Assembly: GCA_965637545.1 (NCBI GenBank) | Contig: OZ281498.1 | Span: 8,432,001-8,496,000 of the forward strand | Length of the DNA: 64,000 nucleotides | Origin: Phallusia mammillata | Taxonomy: Eukaryota | Reading direction: 5' to 3' | In this document: one piece after another, positions 38,701 through 49,722 of the stretch | Layout of the letters: the number at the start of each line of letters is the position of its first letter | Numbering within the stretch: position 1 is the first letter of the stretch | The notes under the pieces: generated by a model | Seen by the model: the letters and a program-made list of their open reading frames with translations, nothing else | What the model was told of the DNA's origin: nothing | The model's database searches: none | Made by a program: the position numbers and the translations under genes

Positions 38701-41700
38701 TGTGCTAAAGGCAATATAACAAGGTATAGTTCAGTGGTTTCCGACCAGGGAGGAATTCTTCCCAAGGGGCGATTTTTTTAATTTTTACATGTGGTTTGTA
38801 AATAGACACTTAAGCTCTGGCAATATAACTTGTGAAGTTGATAAAATGCCCATTTTTAAATGATCTTTGTACAGTTTGGCATCCACTATGTAGTATATTA
38901 AGGAGGAATGAAAATGTTTAGAATTGTTAAAGGAGAAATTTGCCAAAAAAAGTTGTCATTTTTTCACAAACGATGGTAAAATATCTTTTCATGATCATGT
39001 CACACCAGGAGATGTTAAAATAGATTCCTGTGTTGATATGGCCCTAGGGGAAAGGCCTTTAATGACCTTTTTGACTGAAGCAGTAGTCGTAGCTACTTTA
39101 ATGTGGTTTGGGTGCAGGGATCTAATTCAAGTGGATTTATTGGGAAATGAAATGTGTATTTTCATAGGTACAAGTTGTATTTATTTGTGTCACTATAAAG
39201 ATATACTGTACGTAATTGTCAAAATTCTAGCAAAATTAAAACTATTTTTATGAATAAAATAACAAACCACAAAGTACTCTTTAAAACTACAATGAAACAG
39301 ATTGCTAACCAGCACACTGACCATTTATTTTTCTAATATTTATCAACATATGCTTTCAAATCTAAACTAGTAGGACAGATTTAGTTTCAATAAAACAATC
39401 AACATATATTTGTTTAAACAAACAAGAAACGTAGGCTCTCTATCAAGACAAAACTGTGTGAGTTTAGAGTTAAAACAAACAAAATATTAAAAGTACATTT
39501 ATATTAATTTGCAAATCAACTTACCAATATACATAGGGTAAACTTGCGGGTCAACACTTTCATCAATAAATGTCACTCCTAGCACAGCCAGTGGTGTACA
39601 TCCAATACCAGTGAGAAATTGTCCGAACAAAAACACATACTTCATTTGGCTGATAGATACGTATGATACAAGAGTGGTAGTAAAATCTGCACAGTCTGCA
39701 ACTAAATACAATTGGTTTGTTGAGCAACAATGGTAAATTAAAGTACATTTAAAGCTAGACATCACAAAAGAGGATCGACCTTGGATAACTAACATGTGTT
39801 AAATATGAATAAGTTTGAATCACTTTTGATTGACAAAAGTCATGGAACAAACTAGTGCTAGAAAGAAAAAATATACAAAAAGAAAAAAATACGGACAAAA
39901 ACAATATGTGTCCCCTTTCCTGAATATAACGCCTTCCAAATGATGTAAAATAAATATCAAACAATAACCAGAAAGCATAATTCATTTTTTCGAACCGATG
40001 CCAACTTTTAAAATCTTTTTTTATCCTCTGGGAGTGAATAAAAGAATTAAAACAGAGGCTTAATGCCAATAAAGAAAGGCATTCCATCCTGTAAAGCCAC
40101 TTTGCATTATAAATGAGTTTGGGACTTATTCAGCACAAAGGTCATGTAATTATGCCTCAGAAGTTCCAACAGCTTCAATGCATCAATACTAGGTTGCTAC
40201 GCAGGAGGCACTAACTCAATTATGCAACACTTTAGTGGAGTTTTAAATCAAACTTTTCTCCTGGAATTAAATTGTGACAAATATAATCGGTTTGATATTG
40301 ATTGGTTTTGTGATCCTAGTGCATGACAAATCAAAAAAGCCAAAAAACAGAAAAATCAATATTTTTTAGACACAGAAAGGTAGCCTTAACCCACGAACAG
40401 TGATCAATAATTCGACAATTGGTTTCACTGCTTTTAAAGTGGCAATTCTGTTGTCTGCTATTGATATCAATACAGTATATACAGTTCAGCTACTGCTGTC
40501 ACAATTATGTCATAAACTTTCTAAGTTCAAAAGTTGGGAGGGGGAGCATTAACAATTTAGTATAAATATGACACACAATATATCAATGTCTGGTGTGTAC
40601 AAAAGCGTCACATATTCTTACCAGTGGCATTCAAAGAAGACAGGTTATGTGAATCTATTACTTGTGTTGCTTGTTTGCATAGAGAATATCCAGTCAGATT
40701 TTCCTGAAAAAATTTCAAATTTCATGAAACAAACAAAAACAAAAATTTTGAAAAACTGCATTAGTACTTGACAAAAACAAAAATTTATCAACAAAATTCA
40801 GTGTAACCTAATTGTATATAACTTGCACAAAACAGCATTTTAAAATTAGTTCAAACAATTGACAGACAGCTGACACTCTTTGTTTTGATTTCGCGGCCTA
40901 GTTAGGCAAATTATCCAACAGTGTTTCATGCATGTGTCAAATTAACCATTTAAAAAAATCAATCAGATTTGTTCAAAACACCATTATTATTACTCACAGA
41001 AAAGTCTGCAGTAGCACTTTGGGATGGGCCCCGGCTAAGCTTGTATTCATAAGGCCCAGTAAGAAAATGGGGCAAAGCAAGGACTAGGGATCCAACACTT
41101 GTAAGAACTAATCCCCAACCAATCCAACGTGGCTTGTGACCTTTGCCACCTGTATAAAGGAATGCAAGCTGGATTAGTAAACCAGACTTTACACATTCAT
41201 TGAATTACATATGGGCACTGCATAAAAACAGGTCAGCAAATTACTATGATAAGGCTAATAAATGTAGAACAACTCACATGGTTGCAATTTTTTATGTAAC
41301 CAGTTGGTAATTTAACAAACAAAACAATACTAAAAAAGATACATTTTTTAAATACATGCATATGCAATTATTATTATTACAGTAATGGACAATAATGACC
41401 AGTTTAATAGCAAACCTAATAGGTGCAAGTGGCTTTAAAACCAATTAACTTGTTGAGAGATAACAGACTTTTTACTTACCTAGATAGCTGATTGGTAGCA
41501 AACTGAGACAGCCAGCAATGTCATATCCACTGACAATCAAACCTGACTCTGAACTGAGCAAGTTAAACCTCCGCTCAATTGATGTTACACTAACCTACAC
41601 AAAACATCAAATATTTAGTATATACAATACACAAGCATCATAAATAAGATAGAGATAAACATTAATAAAGATAGAGATATTATCAATAAAGTTTTTAAAA

Positions 41701-42056
41701 AGGACAAAAGTACAAAAAAATGTTTTAATAGCATTTTTTAATTTATCACACAGTAAAAATTGTTTTGAAGACCTGTTATTTGCTATGTAAATAGTATTTG
41801 CACAATCTTTTAAGCTTATTTTATGCAAAAATACATCGCTTACCTTGAGAAGTCCATTTATAATTATGCCCTGCATAATATTTGCCATGGTCAGCAAAAA
41901 CAAAAACATTTTTGCATTGTTAAAAGACTTTTGAAGGCACCGAGGTTGCAAATATCCCCATCCAAACTGATATACTGTGTTCGGAGATAAATCGGAAGGT
42001 GGACTCTGTGTAGATCCTTCATTAGAGTGGTCTTCTGCATTCCGTGATAAACTCAT
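17702..42056 (-). CDS. SLCO4A1: Organic anion transporting polypeptide, OATP4 (SLCO4A1/4C1-like), 767 aa, 15 coding exons
   Basis: Exons (minus): 41844-42056, 41480-41594, 40998-41149, 40622-40703, 39525-39695, 27885-27975, 25536-25801, 23893-24043, 22812-22966, 21818-22016, 20851-21013, 20267-20333, 19790-19928, 18387-18609, 17702-17818; phases consistent, total 2304 nt. Motifs [50 protein letters not shown] (OATP signature), Kazal-like [44 protein letters not shown]. Subfamily 4A1 versus 4C1 is not resolved. Confidence 0.93.
20540..20753. mobile_element. Degenerate hAT MITE fragment; related copy at about 38732-38945
   Basis: Shared internal sequence (TTTTACATGTGGTT(T)GTAAATA...AAGTTGATAAAA.GCCCA.TTTTAAAT.ATCTTTG). 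hAT-type ends GGTTGAGGACCACTG (20739-20753) and CAGTGGTTTCCGACC (38732). Confidence 0.6.
21214..21268 (+). ncRNA. Decayed type I hammerhead ribozyme motif, family 1, copy H1
   Basis: GCTTCA-CTGATGA-(GATGA)-GACCTTATAAGTC-GAAAC-AGTGTGCACAAT-C-TGCAGC. Core present, stem I 5/6 paired, stem III damaged. Confidence 0.7.
23365..23415 (-). ncRNA. Decayed type I hammerhead ribozyme motif, family 1, copy H2
   Basis: Minus strand: AGCTTCA-CTGATGA-GAACTTATAGGTC-GAA-ACAGTG-TG-CACTGT-C-TTTGGG. Intact core, perfect stem III and a GUC cleavage triplet; stem I lost. Confidence 0.75.
23644..23695 (-). ncRNA. Decayed type I hammerhead ribozyme motif, family 1, copy H3
   Basis: Minus strand: AGCTGCA-GTGATAA-GACC-TAATA-GGTC-GAAAC-AGTGTGCACTAT-G-TGCAGCT. 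Perfect 7-bp stem I and 4-bp stem II, mutated core. Confidence 0.7.
23735..23782 (+). ncRNA. Highly decayed hammerhead motif, family 1, copy H4 (inverted relative to H3)
   Basis: CAGCCTCA-CTAATGA-GATGTTATCGGTA-AAAAC-AGTGTGCATTGAC. Recognisable only by homology to H1-H3. Confidence 0.5.
24546..25148. mobile_element. hAT MITE in SLCO intron 7, 603 bp
   Basis: Ends CAGACCTGGGCA / TGCCCACCCCTG; subterminal CGGCCCGCGGGCC motifs; TSD CTCTATGT / CTCTATAT. Confidence 0.82.
25204..25477. mobile_element. pogo/Tigger-like (Tc1/mariner) MITE, copy 1
   Basis: TA then CAGTCAACCTAGGTTAA ... TTAACCGAGGTTTACTG. Internal repeats of GGATCTTCGCCTAATTCGGACAAAAC. Homologous to 31131-31296 and 38024-38292. Confidence 0.8.
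29828..30007. mobile_element. hAT MITE, 180 bp
   Basis: TIRs CAGTGATGGGATTCA / TGAATCCCACCACCG; AACCGG subterminal motifs; TSD GTTAAAGC / GTTAGAGC. Confidence 0.82.
31131..31296. mobile_element. pogo/Tigger-like MITE, copy 2 (internally deleted)
   Basis: TA then CAGTACACCTCGGGTAATCCGGATCTTCG...; same internal repeat as 25204-25477. Right end is degenerate. Confidence 0.65.
32064..32515. mobile_element. Degenerate copy of the GGTTCGGG-rich hAT family, hosting a nested MITE
   Basis: GGGCCGGGTTCGGGCATTCGGGCCTGACTT and TTTCGGGCCTTAACGGGCTTCTCAAAAACGATTCGGG match segments of 47874-48267. Boundaries are approximate. Confidence 0.55.
32132..32304. mobile_element. hAT MITE, 173 bp
   Basis: TIRs CAGGGTTTTTTTAAGG / CCTTAAAAAAACACTG; perfect TSD TACATTAC (32124-32131 and 32305-32312). 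Confidence 0.9.
34002..34040 (+). ncRNA. Minimal hammerhead-like motif, family 2 (decayed)
   Basis: ATATCA-CTGATGA-TGGCATTGACATTTGTC-GAAAC-GCTT. Homologous to the minus-strand motif at 47238-47280. Confidence 0.45.
38024..38292. mobile_element. pogo/Tigger-like MITE, copy 3 (opposite orientation)
   Basis: TA-CATTAAACCTCGGTT ... AACCGAGGTTCAGTG-TA. Reverse complement of 25204-25477. Confidence 0.82.
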
Positions 42057-43787
42057 GATGTTGATTCAATGTGGGCTATGTTTTCAAAACGGTCTGTTAA
42101 CCGTAAGTCTTACACGTTTGATGTGCTTTCTTGTTATTCCATTCCATGTTGCATCACTCCAGTTATAAGCAAGTTTGCTAGACTAAACGAGCCCATATTG
42201 AAAATATTGACAGCCTAAGAAAACAAAGGAAGTAGTGACTGGAAAACATAAACATTGCCAAACCTATATAAATGAGACCAATGTATAAAGGGCACTTCCT
42301 GACAGGTTTTGCAAAAGAGCTAAAAGTGTGAAACCTTATACTTATTCCGAGATTTTTAGCTTTGTTCATGTACCACTCATATCCTGAAATCGAAAACACT
42401 CAAAGATATGCAATAAAGGGGCAACAGCAACAAGGTTATACAAATATCATCACAAATGTTTAATAAAACAATAAACGTAATTTAAAACAACACATTTTGA
42501 GAATCAATGAGTTGTTTGTACTACTCTTATGCCATCATAAGATAGTGCTCAATAATAGTTTTCCCATTAAACGTGGTAAACACAAATAGTTGCAAGTTTG
42601 CAACACAAAACGCACATTGCATAAAGTCAACTTTTCATAATTTGACCAATTCTTATCTTAAATTTAAGTTTGCACGCCACAGTTTAAGAACCACTGTCCT
42701 AACAGCTATATAGCGGTTCAATTAATGGCCTTTGTTCGAAGGTGGACACTTTTATATCTCGATAAAACGTATTCAATCTCCAACAATACGAGTTCTATTA
42801 ATCTGAAAAGCAGAGCGCCTGTCACAATACAACTACGCTGTAACTGTTTTATGCACAAGATTCTGGGCAACAGTTTTGGAGCCTGTTTTACTCCGCAACC
42901 TGTTCTGTGTCATTAAGTGCAAAAGCTCCTGACAGCACGGTTTGCACAGTTGCCCGGCCGCTACACGCGAAACGGCTAATGCCGAATTCCTTCCCGCCGC
43001 AGTCACGGTTTGTTTTCGTGTGAGGAGAAAAATAAACACACCAATTTGGCCCCATAGCGCCATGTGTCGACAGGAAATACGTGATTAGTTTCGTAGAACT
43101 GTGGTTTGTCGTTCTCCCCTGGTTCGAATATTTATCTGGTACATTGCATAAATATATTTGTGTTTCTTTTACGTTAGTGATTAACCATAGTATGGGTTTA
43201 CAACGAGAGGTTTTTGGACTACATATAATAGTTGCAGAAGGTCCTTTTGGGCCGTATAATAGTTGCAGGAGGTCCTTCAATGCAAATTGCTATTGGCATT
43301 TTTAATTTTTAAATTCGAAACTACAAATGAGAATCCGAGTTATTCGACAACCAAAATAGATTTCGGTGTTTTAACAAATGCACAACTTAATTTGTCTTTT
43401 AAATGGGCTCCACAACACTGACAAGTCAGTTGCCTAAAAAAATAGCAAAAAATGTCAGTTGCCAAAAAAGATTAAAGACCACTGCTTATTTGTTTCCGAG
43501 AAACAGCAAGCAATATTCACCACACGATTTATTCGAGCTATGCAGTAAATATATTTGCATAATCATTAGCATTTAGTTGCAGTTTTACTATGAAACCAAT
43601 TTTACAGTCGTTTCCGACAACAGCTGTTACCTTATGCCCAAACCGTCTAAGACAGCAGTTCTCTTCTAGGTTGGTTCCCAACTTAACATATAAACTAGAC
43701 ATTGCAGAACGTAAACGACAACATACCTGTACAACCGAACCGTTTTACACAATAAAAACAGAAAAGTAATGAACAGAGCATATATAT

Positions 43788-44003
43788 CAGTGGTTCTCAA
43801 ACTCGGTTTTCGGGGCCGCATGCGGCTCCCAACTACTTATTTTGCGGCTCGCACCAGACCTCAGAAAACCACCAAACAATGCTATTTTAGCTTTCAAAGT
43901 CATAATCTTTAGTGATTTTCTTAAGGTTTCGTTTTTTTGCGGCTCCCTGCACACTTAAAAAATACCATTTGGCCCCGACAATAAACAAGTTTGAGAACCA
44001 CTG
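43788..44003. mobile_element. hAT MITE, 216 bp
   Basis: Perfect 15-bp TIR CAGTGGTTCTCAAAC; TSD ATATATAT on both sides. Confidence 0.92.
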
Positions 44004-44273
44004 ATATATATCCTTCAATCAGAAAGATTGCTACCGCATTGTTCCATCACAAAAGTCATTAAGGGGTGGAACAAAGGCGTCTTTACAATTGTACCTTTCA
44101 CCTACTTCGGCGACGTTTGTGTAACGTTTGTTGACTTTGGTATTTGAAAGTGTCTGGTCGTTTTTTTTATGTATACATAACCATCAAGCTGGAGTAAAAA
44201 AAATAAGGAAAACACGAGAAATAATTAGTTCGACCATCATTGCTATCATGCGGCATCATGCCGTATTTAGCAT

Positions 44274-44766
44274 CAGTGTTTCATACCGGAACGGAACGAA
44301 ACGAAATAACGGTATTCGTTCTGAGCAAATTATTTATTTCGTTATTCCGTTCTGGACCGATATTTTTATTTCGTTCCGGTCTAACCGAAATAACTTTACA
44401 ATGGTATTTTTCGGTATTTCGGTCTTAACAAAAGAACATTCCTTTGTGGTCTTTACAGCTATTAAGCGAAAAAAGAAAGAAAGTTGCAACACACAAAAAT
44501 TATTGTCGGTAGTTGTTACGTCGCATAACATTTGTCAATGATGGTCAAACGAATGTAAATTGTAAGAGCTTAACGGCGCGAAATTTTCAGCAATTGTTTC
44601 ATGTCAAATGTTCAGAACAAAATACCGGAATAAAAAATAACGGTATTTCGTTCCGTTCCGGTATTTTGAAATTTTTTTATTTCGGTATTTCGTTCCGGCA
44701 TTTTAGCCAAAAATTATTTATTTCGTTCCGGTATAACGTTCCGTTCCGTTCCGGTATGAAACACTG
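44274..44766. mobile_element. hAT MITE with long TIRs, 493 bp
   Basis: Perfect 25-bp TIR CAGTGTTTCATACCGGAACGGAACG; many ATTTCGTTCCGG subterminal repeats; perfect TSD TTTAGCAT. Confidence 0.93.
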
Positions 44767-47237
44767 TTTAGCATCAACGATGTCAAAATGAAGTTTTACA
44801 TGCAAGAACAAAAATGCCTATGCATGTCTCTCAAAACATGACTACCAAGCTACTTTTTGTTAAAACAACGTGGCCAGATGGTAGCGCTCGAGGGTTTAGC
44901 AGCAGGGCGAGCACAAGGCAAGGTGGGTTTTCCCTAACTTTCACCTAATTACGCACCACGTAAACTGCTCAAGAACTAATGCCGCGTCAACTGTTATATT
45001 TTTTACAGCCATTTTGTTTTTCTAATCCATACAAAAGATCAGGTTTTTCGGCTTTCGCTGGTTGGCAACGACGAAAGTACATGTAGTGGTTACCAAACGG
45101 TGTGCCTGGCAAACTATGGCGCCTCGAGATTTTCAAGTGTGCCGCAAACATTCGGTATTTTAAAAGTGCAAACACTTTACTGTTTTTGGACTTGATGACG
45201 AAATGCACAAATAGCATGACAACGTTTAAAAGTTCATTTTTATTCTTGTTTGAACGACCATTACAAATAAACGGCAAAATATGTTTCTTTTGACAACTTT
45301 TGTCTTCTTAGAGAAAAAATTGGTTTGTTAATGGGCGGCATGCTTAAAAAGTTTAAGATCCACTAGCTTAATGCAACACAATTATCTTTGTTATAGCTTA
45401 ACAAATTCATAGCTGGAACTTTCCAGCAGCAGGGTAGGTTTGTCATAATATAAAAAATTCCCACCGAGTTATATTCAAACGTGTAGCTTGCCCCCTTCCC
45501 CAAAAATCTGTAAGTTTATCCACCCTCATTACGTTTTTCTAACAAAGAAATAATAAAATGGTTTAAGGCAGCATATATCAGCTTTATTGACTTAATTAAA
45601 ATCGACATTTCAAGTGGCCGACCTTTCAATGTCTACAATCTCCAAACACATGGCGAAATTAAGCTAGGCCTATATTAACTATCAAAGAATAACTGGATAA
45701 TGCTTATTTAGATTTCATTTTACGGCACTTTGGCAATATTTTTCGGCTAGTATTTTTGTTTTAAACGATGTTTTGAAATCCTTTTCGTCGTTTCAGCGTC
45801 TGCTAAAACAACATATTTGCCAGAGACCATCATGTATGTTATGTCCGACAGTTAACAGTTCATATGTGCCTCACATCATAAGAACCCCATTTTAAAACAA
45901 AAAGTAGTAATATTTTCACAACGTTGAAGACATCAATTTCATTCTTCAAACGTTTTTGTGTGTGTATTTCAATCAGTTAAGTTTTCTGAGATTGAAAAAC
46001 AACATCAGTAGCCTTTTCTAAACGTAGCAATCAACTGCAACACATTTGTGATGTAACAGAATGCCTACTGAGTTTGTGTAGTGTGAATGAAGTACCCTTA
46101 TAATTCTGACAAGGTATCCAAGCATGCAAGGTCGAATAAAGAAAAACAAAGCACAACACAAGCAGTTGCACAACCATTAGGTTGGTTTCTAACAGTTGCA
46201 GAATGATATAGCTGATGGCGAGTGTCATTTTTAGGCGGGTTGTCAAAAAGCTTTTTTGCTGTTTAAGCGCATTTTGACATTCGCAAGCAGTTAAGTGGCG
46301 GGAATAAGTTGCCTCGTTTTTATGTTACTTTTCAGTTGCGGATTTTAGGCTAGTTTTGGCAATCAGAATAGCGCTTTTTAGGAATTTGATTAACAACTGA
46401 TAACGAATTAAACGAGTATTTGATATAGTTCACCATTGGTTTGAAATCAATCCCCAATCGACCTGTCAATTGCAGTCGGCTGTTTGGGAAGTCCTTGCCA
46501 ATATGATTAACAACAACGGCAACAATGTTTCAGTTTTAAACAGTGATGACCGTAACATATGGTGACACTTATGCGAGCTGCAACAGTAAAAGCGTAAATA
46601 AAAACATTGTAGTGTTATGGTAATAGCCATGTTATTGCTATTAGTAATACAAAGCAGAAGCGCTGCTGTACTGCTAAGTACCTTGCGTTAGAGACAGCTT
46701 GCAAGGCAAATATGCGGACTTGTGCATTTCTTGTCAAGTCTGCAAGTTTTATTCAACCTGTGAATAATGGTTTTTAAAGTTCATGTGAAAGTGCAGCATA
46801 ATAAGAAAGTTCTAGTAAAAACGAGTCATGTTTAAATCCCAAGGCTTCATGATTTTATAAACATAACAAATATTAAATAAATAGCATGTGAATGTTCAAT
46901 GAAACGTAATTCTTAATCATTATCGGGAAGATTTGGACAAAAGTGTGTACAGTTTTAAACAATATTTGATTTTCCTAAGCGTGTGCACACACAGTGCACA
47001 AGCCGAAAAAATGCTTTATATTTACAATTAATTGTTTAAGGATCAATATTACTGAAAATATAACAGTTAGTAAAGTAAAGAGAACACATTAATTGTCTTG
47101 TCGACATAGGGTTCAATTCCGCGCTAGATTTTCTTTTACGCCCCAATGCCTGCTCATATGTTTAAAGGCCAAAACATTGAATTTTTTAATGGTGAAAATA
47201 ACGGCCCAAATAGACGTAAAAAGCGACATGCTTTATT

Positions 47238-47280
47238 GTTCAAACGTTTCGGCAAATGCTCATGCCATCATCAGTGATAT
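47238..47280 (-). ncRNA. Minimal hammerhead-like motif, family 2
   Basis: Minus strand: ATATCA-CTGATGA-T-GGCA-TGAGCATT-TGCC-GAA-ACGT-T-TGAAC. Stem II GGCA/TGCC, palindromic ACGT stem III, 3-bp stem I. It lies in a dispersed repeat also found at about 32890-33000 and 33960-34045. Confidence 0.55.
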
Positions 47281-47873
47281 GAAGGCCAGCAAAAAAACGA
47301 ATATCGCCTTTTTTGGTCACAAGTCGTTTTACAGCAAAAATAGTAAGCTAGACTACTGCAAGTGTTAAAATAGGGCACATCTAGACAAGCAGCGGAGAGC
47401 CCAACATTGCAACTCCTGTCACAACGCCGCCATCATTCTGGTCTTTGGGTTTCGAACGGAGCAAATGTCCAGCAGCGTAATTCACCAACATCTTGTCGCC
47501 GCAGGCAAGGTAGACACCGTATATTCCTTTTTCCGAAAAAACTTCTTCATATTGCATAGTTCGGAGTCGGTTTTGGATGGATAAGGTCCATGAGGATGTA
47601 GGCACTACGTCGGCTGTCGTAGGCACTACGTCGGCTGTCGTTGAATTTTTTGGTTGCACAAGCACGCACGCACTACTCTCTACAATTAGCTGTAAGTCGA
47701 TTGCCCAACTTAAAAATCTGGCAGTTATTTCTGCAGTAATCTAGAACGATTGTTTTTTTGCAAGACTGAGTGAGTGAAGGATCATCATTTATTAGTTGCT
47801 TATAAATTGACACAACCAAAAGAGCTAGAAAGACATTTTAAACTTCTTTTTATGTGAAATAGAGCGTCGGGCA

Positions 47874-48267
47874 CAGAGTTGCAAGTCGGGCCGGGCTTTT
47901 CGGGCCGGGTTCGGGCCGGGTTCGGGCCGGGTTCGGGCTTAGGTATTTGTGAGAAAACGGGCTTAAAACGGGCCTGACTTTACGTTCCGTGTCCGCCATT
48001 TAAAAAAACAAAATAAAATCACTCGGCTAAGAAACTCTGGCTTTGACCTAATGCCCACTCTACTCTAAAACGTATTGTTTACCCCATGGTCTACTATTGA
48101 TCATTGTATTTGTTGTCTATCTCTTTTTTCTTTCTCATCCTGTCAATCAAAATTTCGGGCCTAAACGGGCTTCGCAAAAACGTTTCGGGTTCGGGCCGGG
48201 CTTCGGGCTCATACTTTCGGGTTCGGGCCGGGTTCGGGCTCAGATTTTGGGCCCGCTTGCAACTCTG
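47874..48267. mobile_element. hAT MITE with GGGCCGGGTTC arrays, 394 bp
   Basis: Perfect 12-bp TIR CAGAGTTGCAAG; perfect TSD GTCGGGCA (47866-47873 and 48268-48275). Confidence 0.92.
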
Positions 48268-48485
48268 GTCGGGCAATAAAACCATTTTCCAAAACACAAA
48301 AGATTTTTTTCTTCAAGGTAACATCGTTCTTTGGTCATTCCTTTGCTGCTTTCAATTTGAATTGTTTCATTTATAGTTGCTGCTTACACCTGTCTAAATG
48401 TATATATGTGTTTTTATCTTTCCCTATAAGACTGTAATGAGCAAAGCATTTGAGATAGGAAAATTTAACGGTATAGAGTTTAAAC

Positions 48486-49057
48486 CAGTGGTTCCCAACC
48501 GCCGGATATTTTGCCGGTCCGCAACTTATCTTACTTTATGCCAAGCCACTTTAAAAATGGGATTATAAGTAGGCCTATTGCGAAATTGTTGGTACCTGCG
48601 AAATTCATTTTCCGCTTGGCTGTAAAACTGAAGTAGCTCGTACCCGCAAAATTGTTTAATGAAGCTTTTGTGACGTTTATGACTCTTTTGTCATAAACTG
48701 TGTCTAGCATTAAACACATTTTTGTAAAATATAGTTATTCTTCCTTTTTGAGATGATTTGAGACTTTGACATTCATACCGAAAGCGAAACAACAGTAAAC
48801 ATCTCACTAGCATTAATTTGTGTAAATGGATTGGCGTTTTGTTGTTCAAGTTGACTTGATTGCCGTTTGGTTGTAATTTTTCGTCCTAAATACATAGGCT
48901 ATGACCAAATCTTGCATTAGGTTGCGCCATGACAACTTTGGTGAACAAAAACCTTACAAATATCTGTTTCATTCACTGCTAACTTTTGTTGCCGGTCCGT
49001 GGAATTTTGTTTTACATTTTTACCGGTCCCGCGGTGTAGAAAGGTTGGGAACCATTG
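48486..49057. mobile_element. hAT MITE, 572 bp
   Basis: TIRs CAGTGGTTCCCAACC / GGTTGGGAACCATTG; perfect TSD GTTTAAAC. Confidence 0.92.
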
Positions 49058-49722
49058 GTTTAAACTATAGGGAAATGTCACATGACAGGCTTGTTTTAAA
49101 CGGTTTGTAAAAAAAACTGACAAACCCGCCAGGTACTTTGCAAACCTGATTTTATATATTTTGCAAATATTATATTATTTTGATAGTTATGTAGTTTCGA
49201 AATTAGACTATTCGATAACTGGAACAACTGATTACATGCAATTGCTCTGCGAACACCTTTGAATCGCAAGCAAAATGTGAAACAAAAACTTTAAGCTACG
49301 TTAGTAGAGATAATTTCTACTCCCACAAACTTGCCTCCACTAAACAAACATCCCAGAATCCCCAGAACAAAAACGACAAACGTAAAAATGACACAATTTG
49401 TAATAGGCTATGTGCATTGGGAATGTTTGACTTTTACAAGTGTGTTATACGTTATACCTCACCAACCACTGGGTAGCTTTTGATGTTTAGCGTAAACAGC
49501 TAATGCAGGACAAAATCCGGCGATGCGTGCATGCATGGAGTCTCTTTACAGGCTAAAAGGCAGTGCTTTTTAGCAAATCATCGCTCATGTAGAAACGAAT
49601 GGGGTTCGGGTCTAAACTTTTGCGTACGTTGCAATTTTGCCTCAAACAAAACGCCTAAAATTGTTTGCCTTTAGTGCTATGTGTTAACTTTAGTGTTAAA
49701 TTAACATTTAGTAGGTTTCGAA

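Noticed and set aside
42833-43305. Overlapping 74-130 aa ORFs upstream of SLCO
   Set aside because: No recognisable motifs or exon structure; possibly promoter/UTR sequence.
44128-44791. Several ORFs of 62-137 aa
   Set aside because: They arise from the stop-poor repeats of the MITE at 44274-44766.
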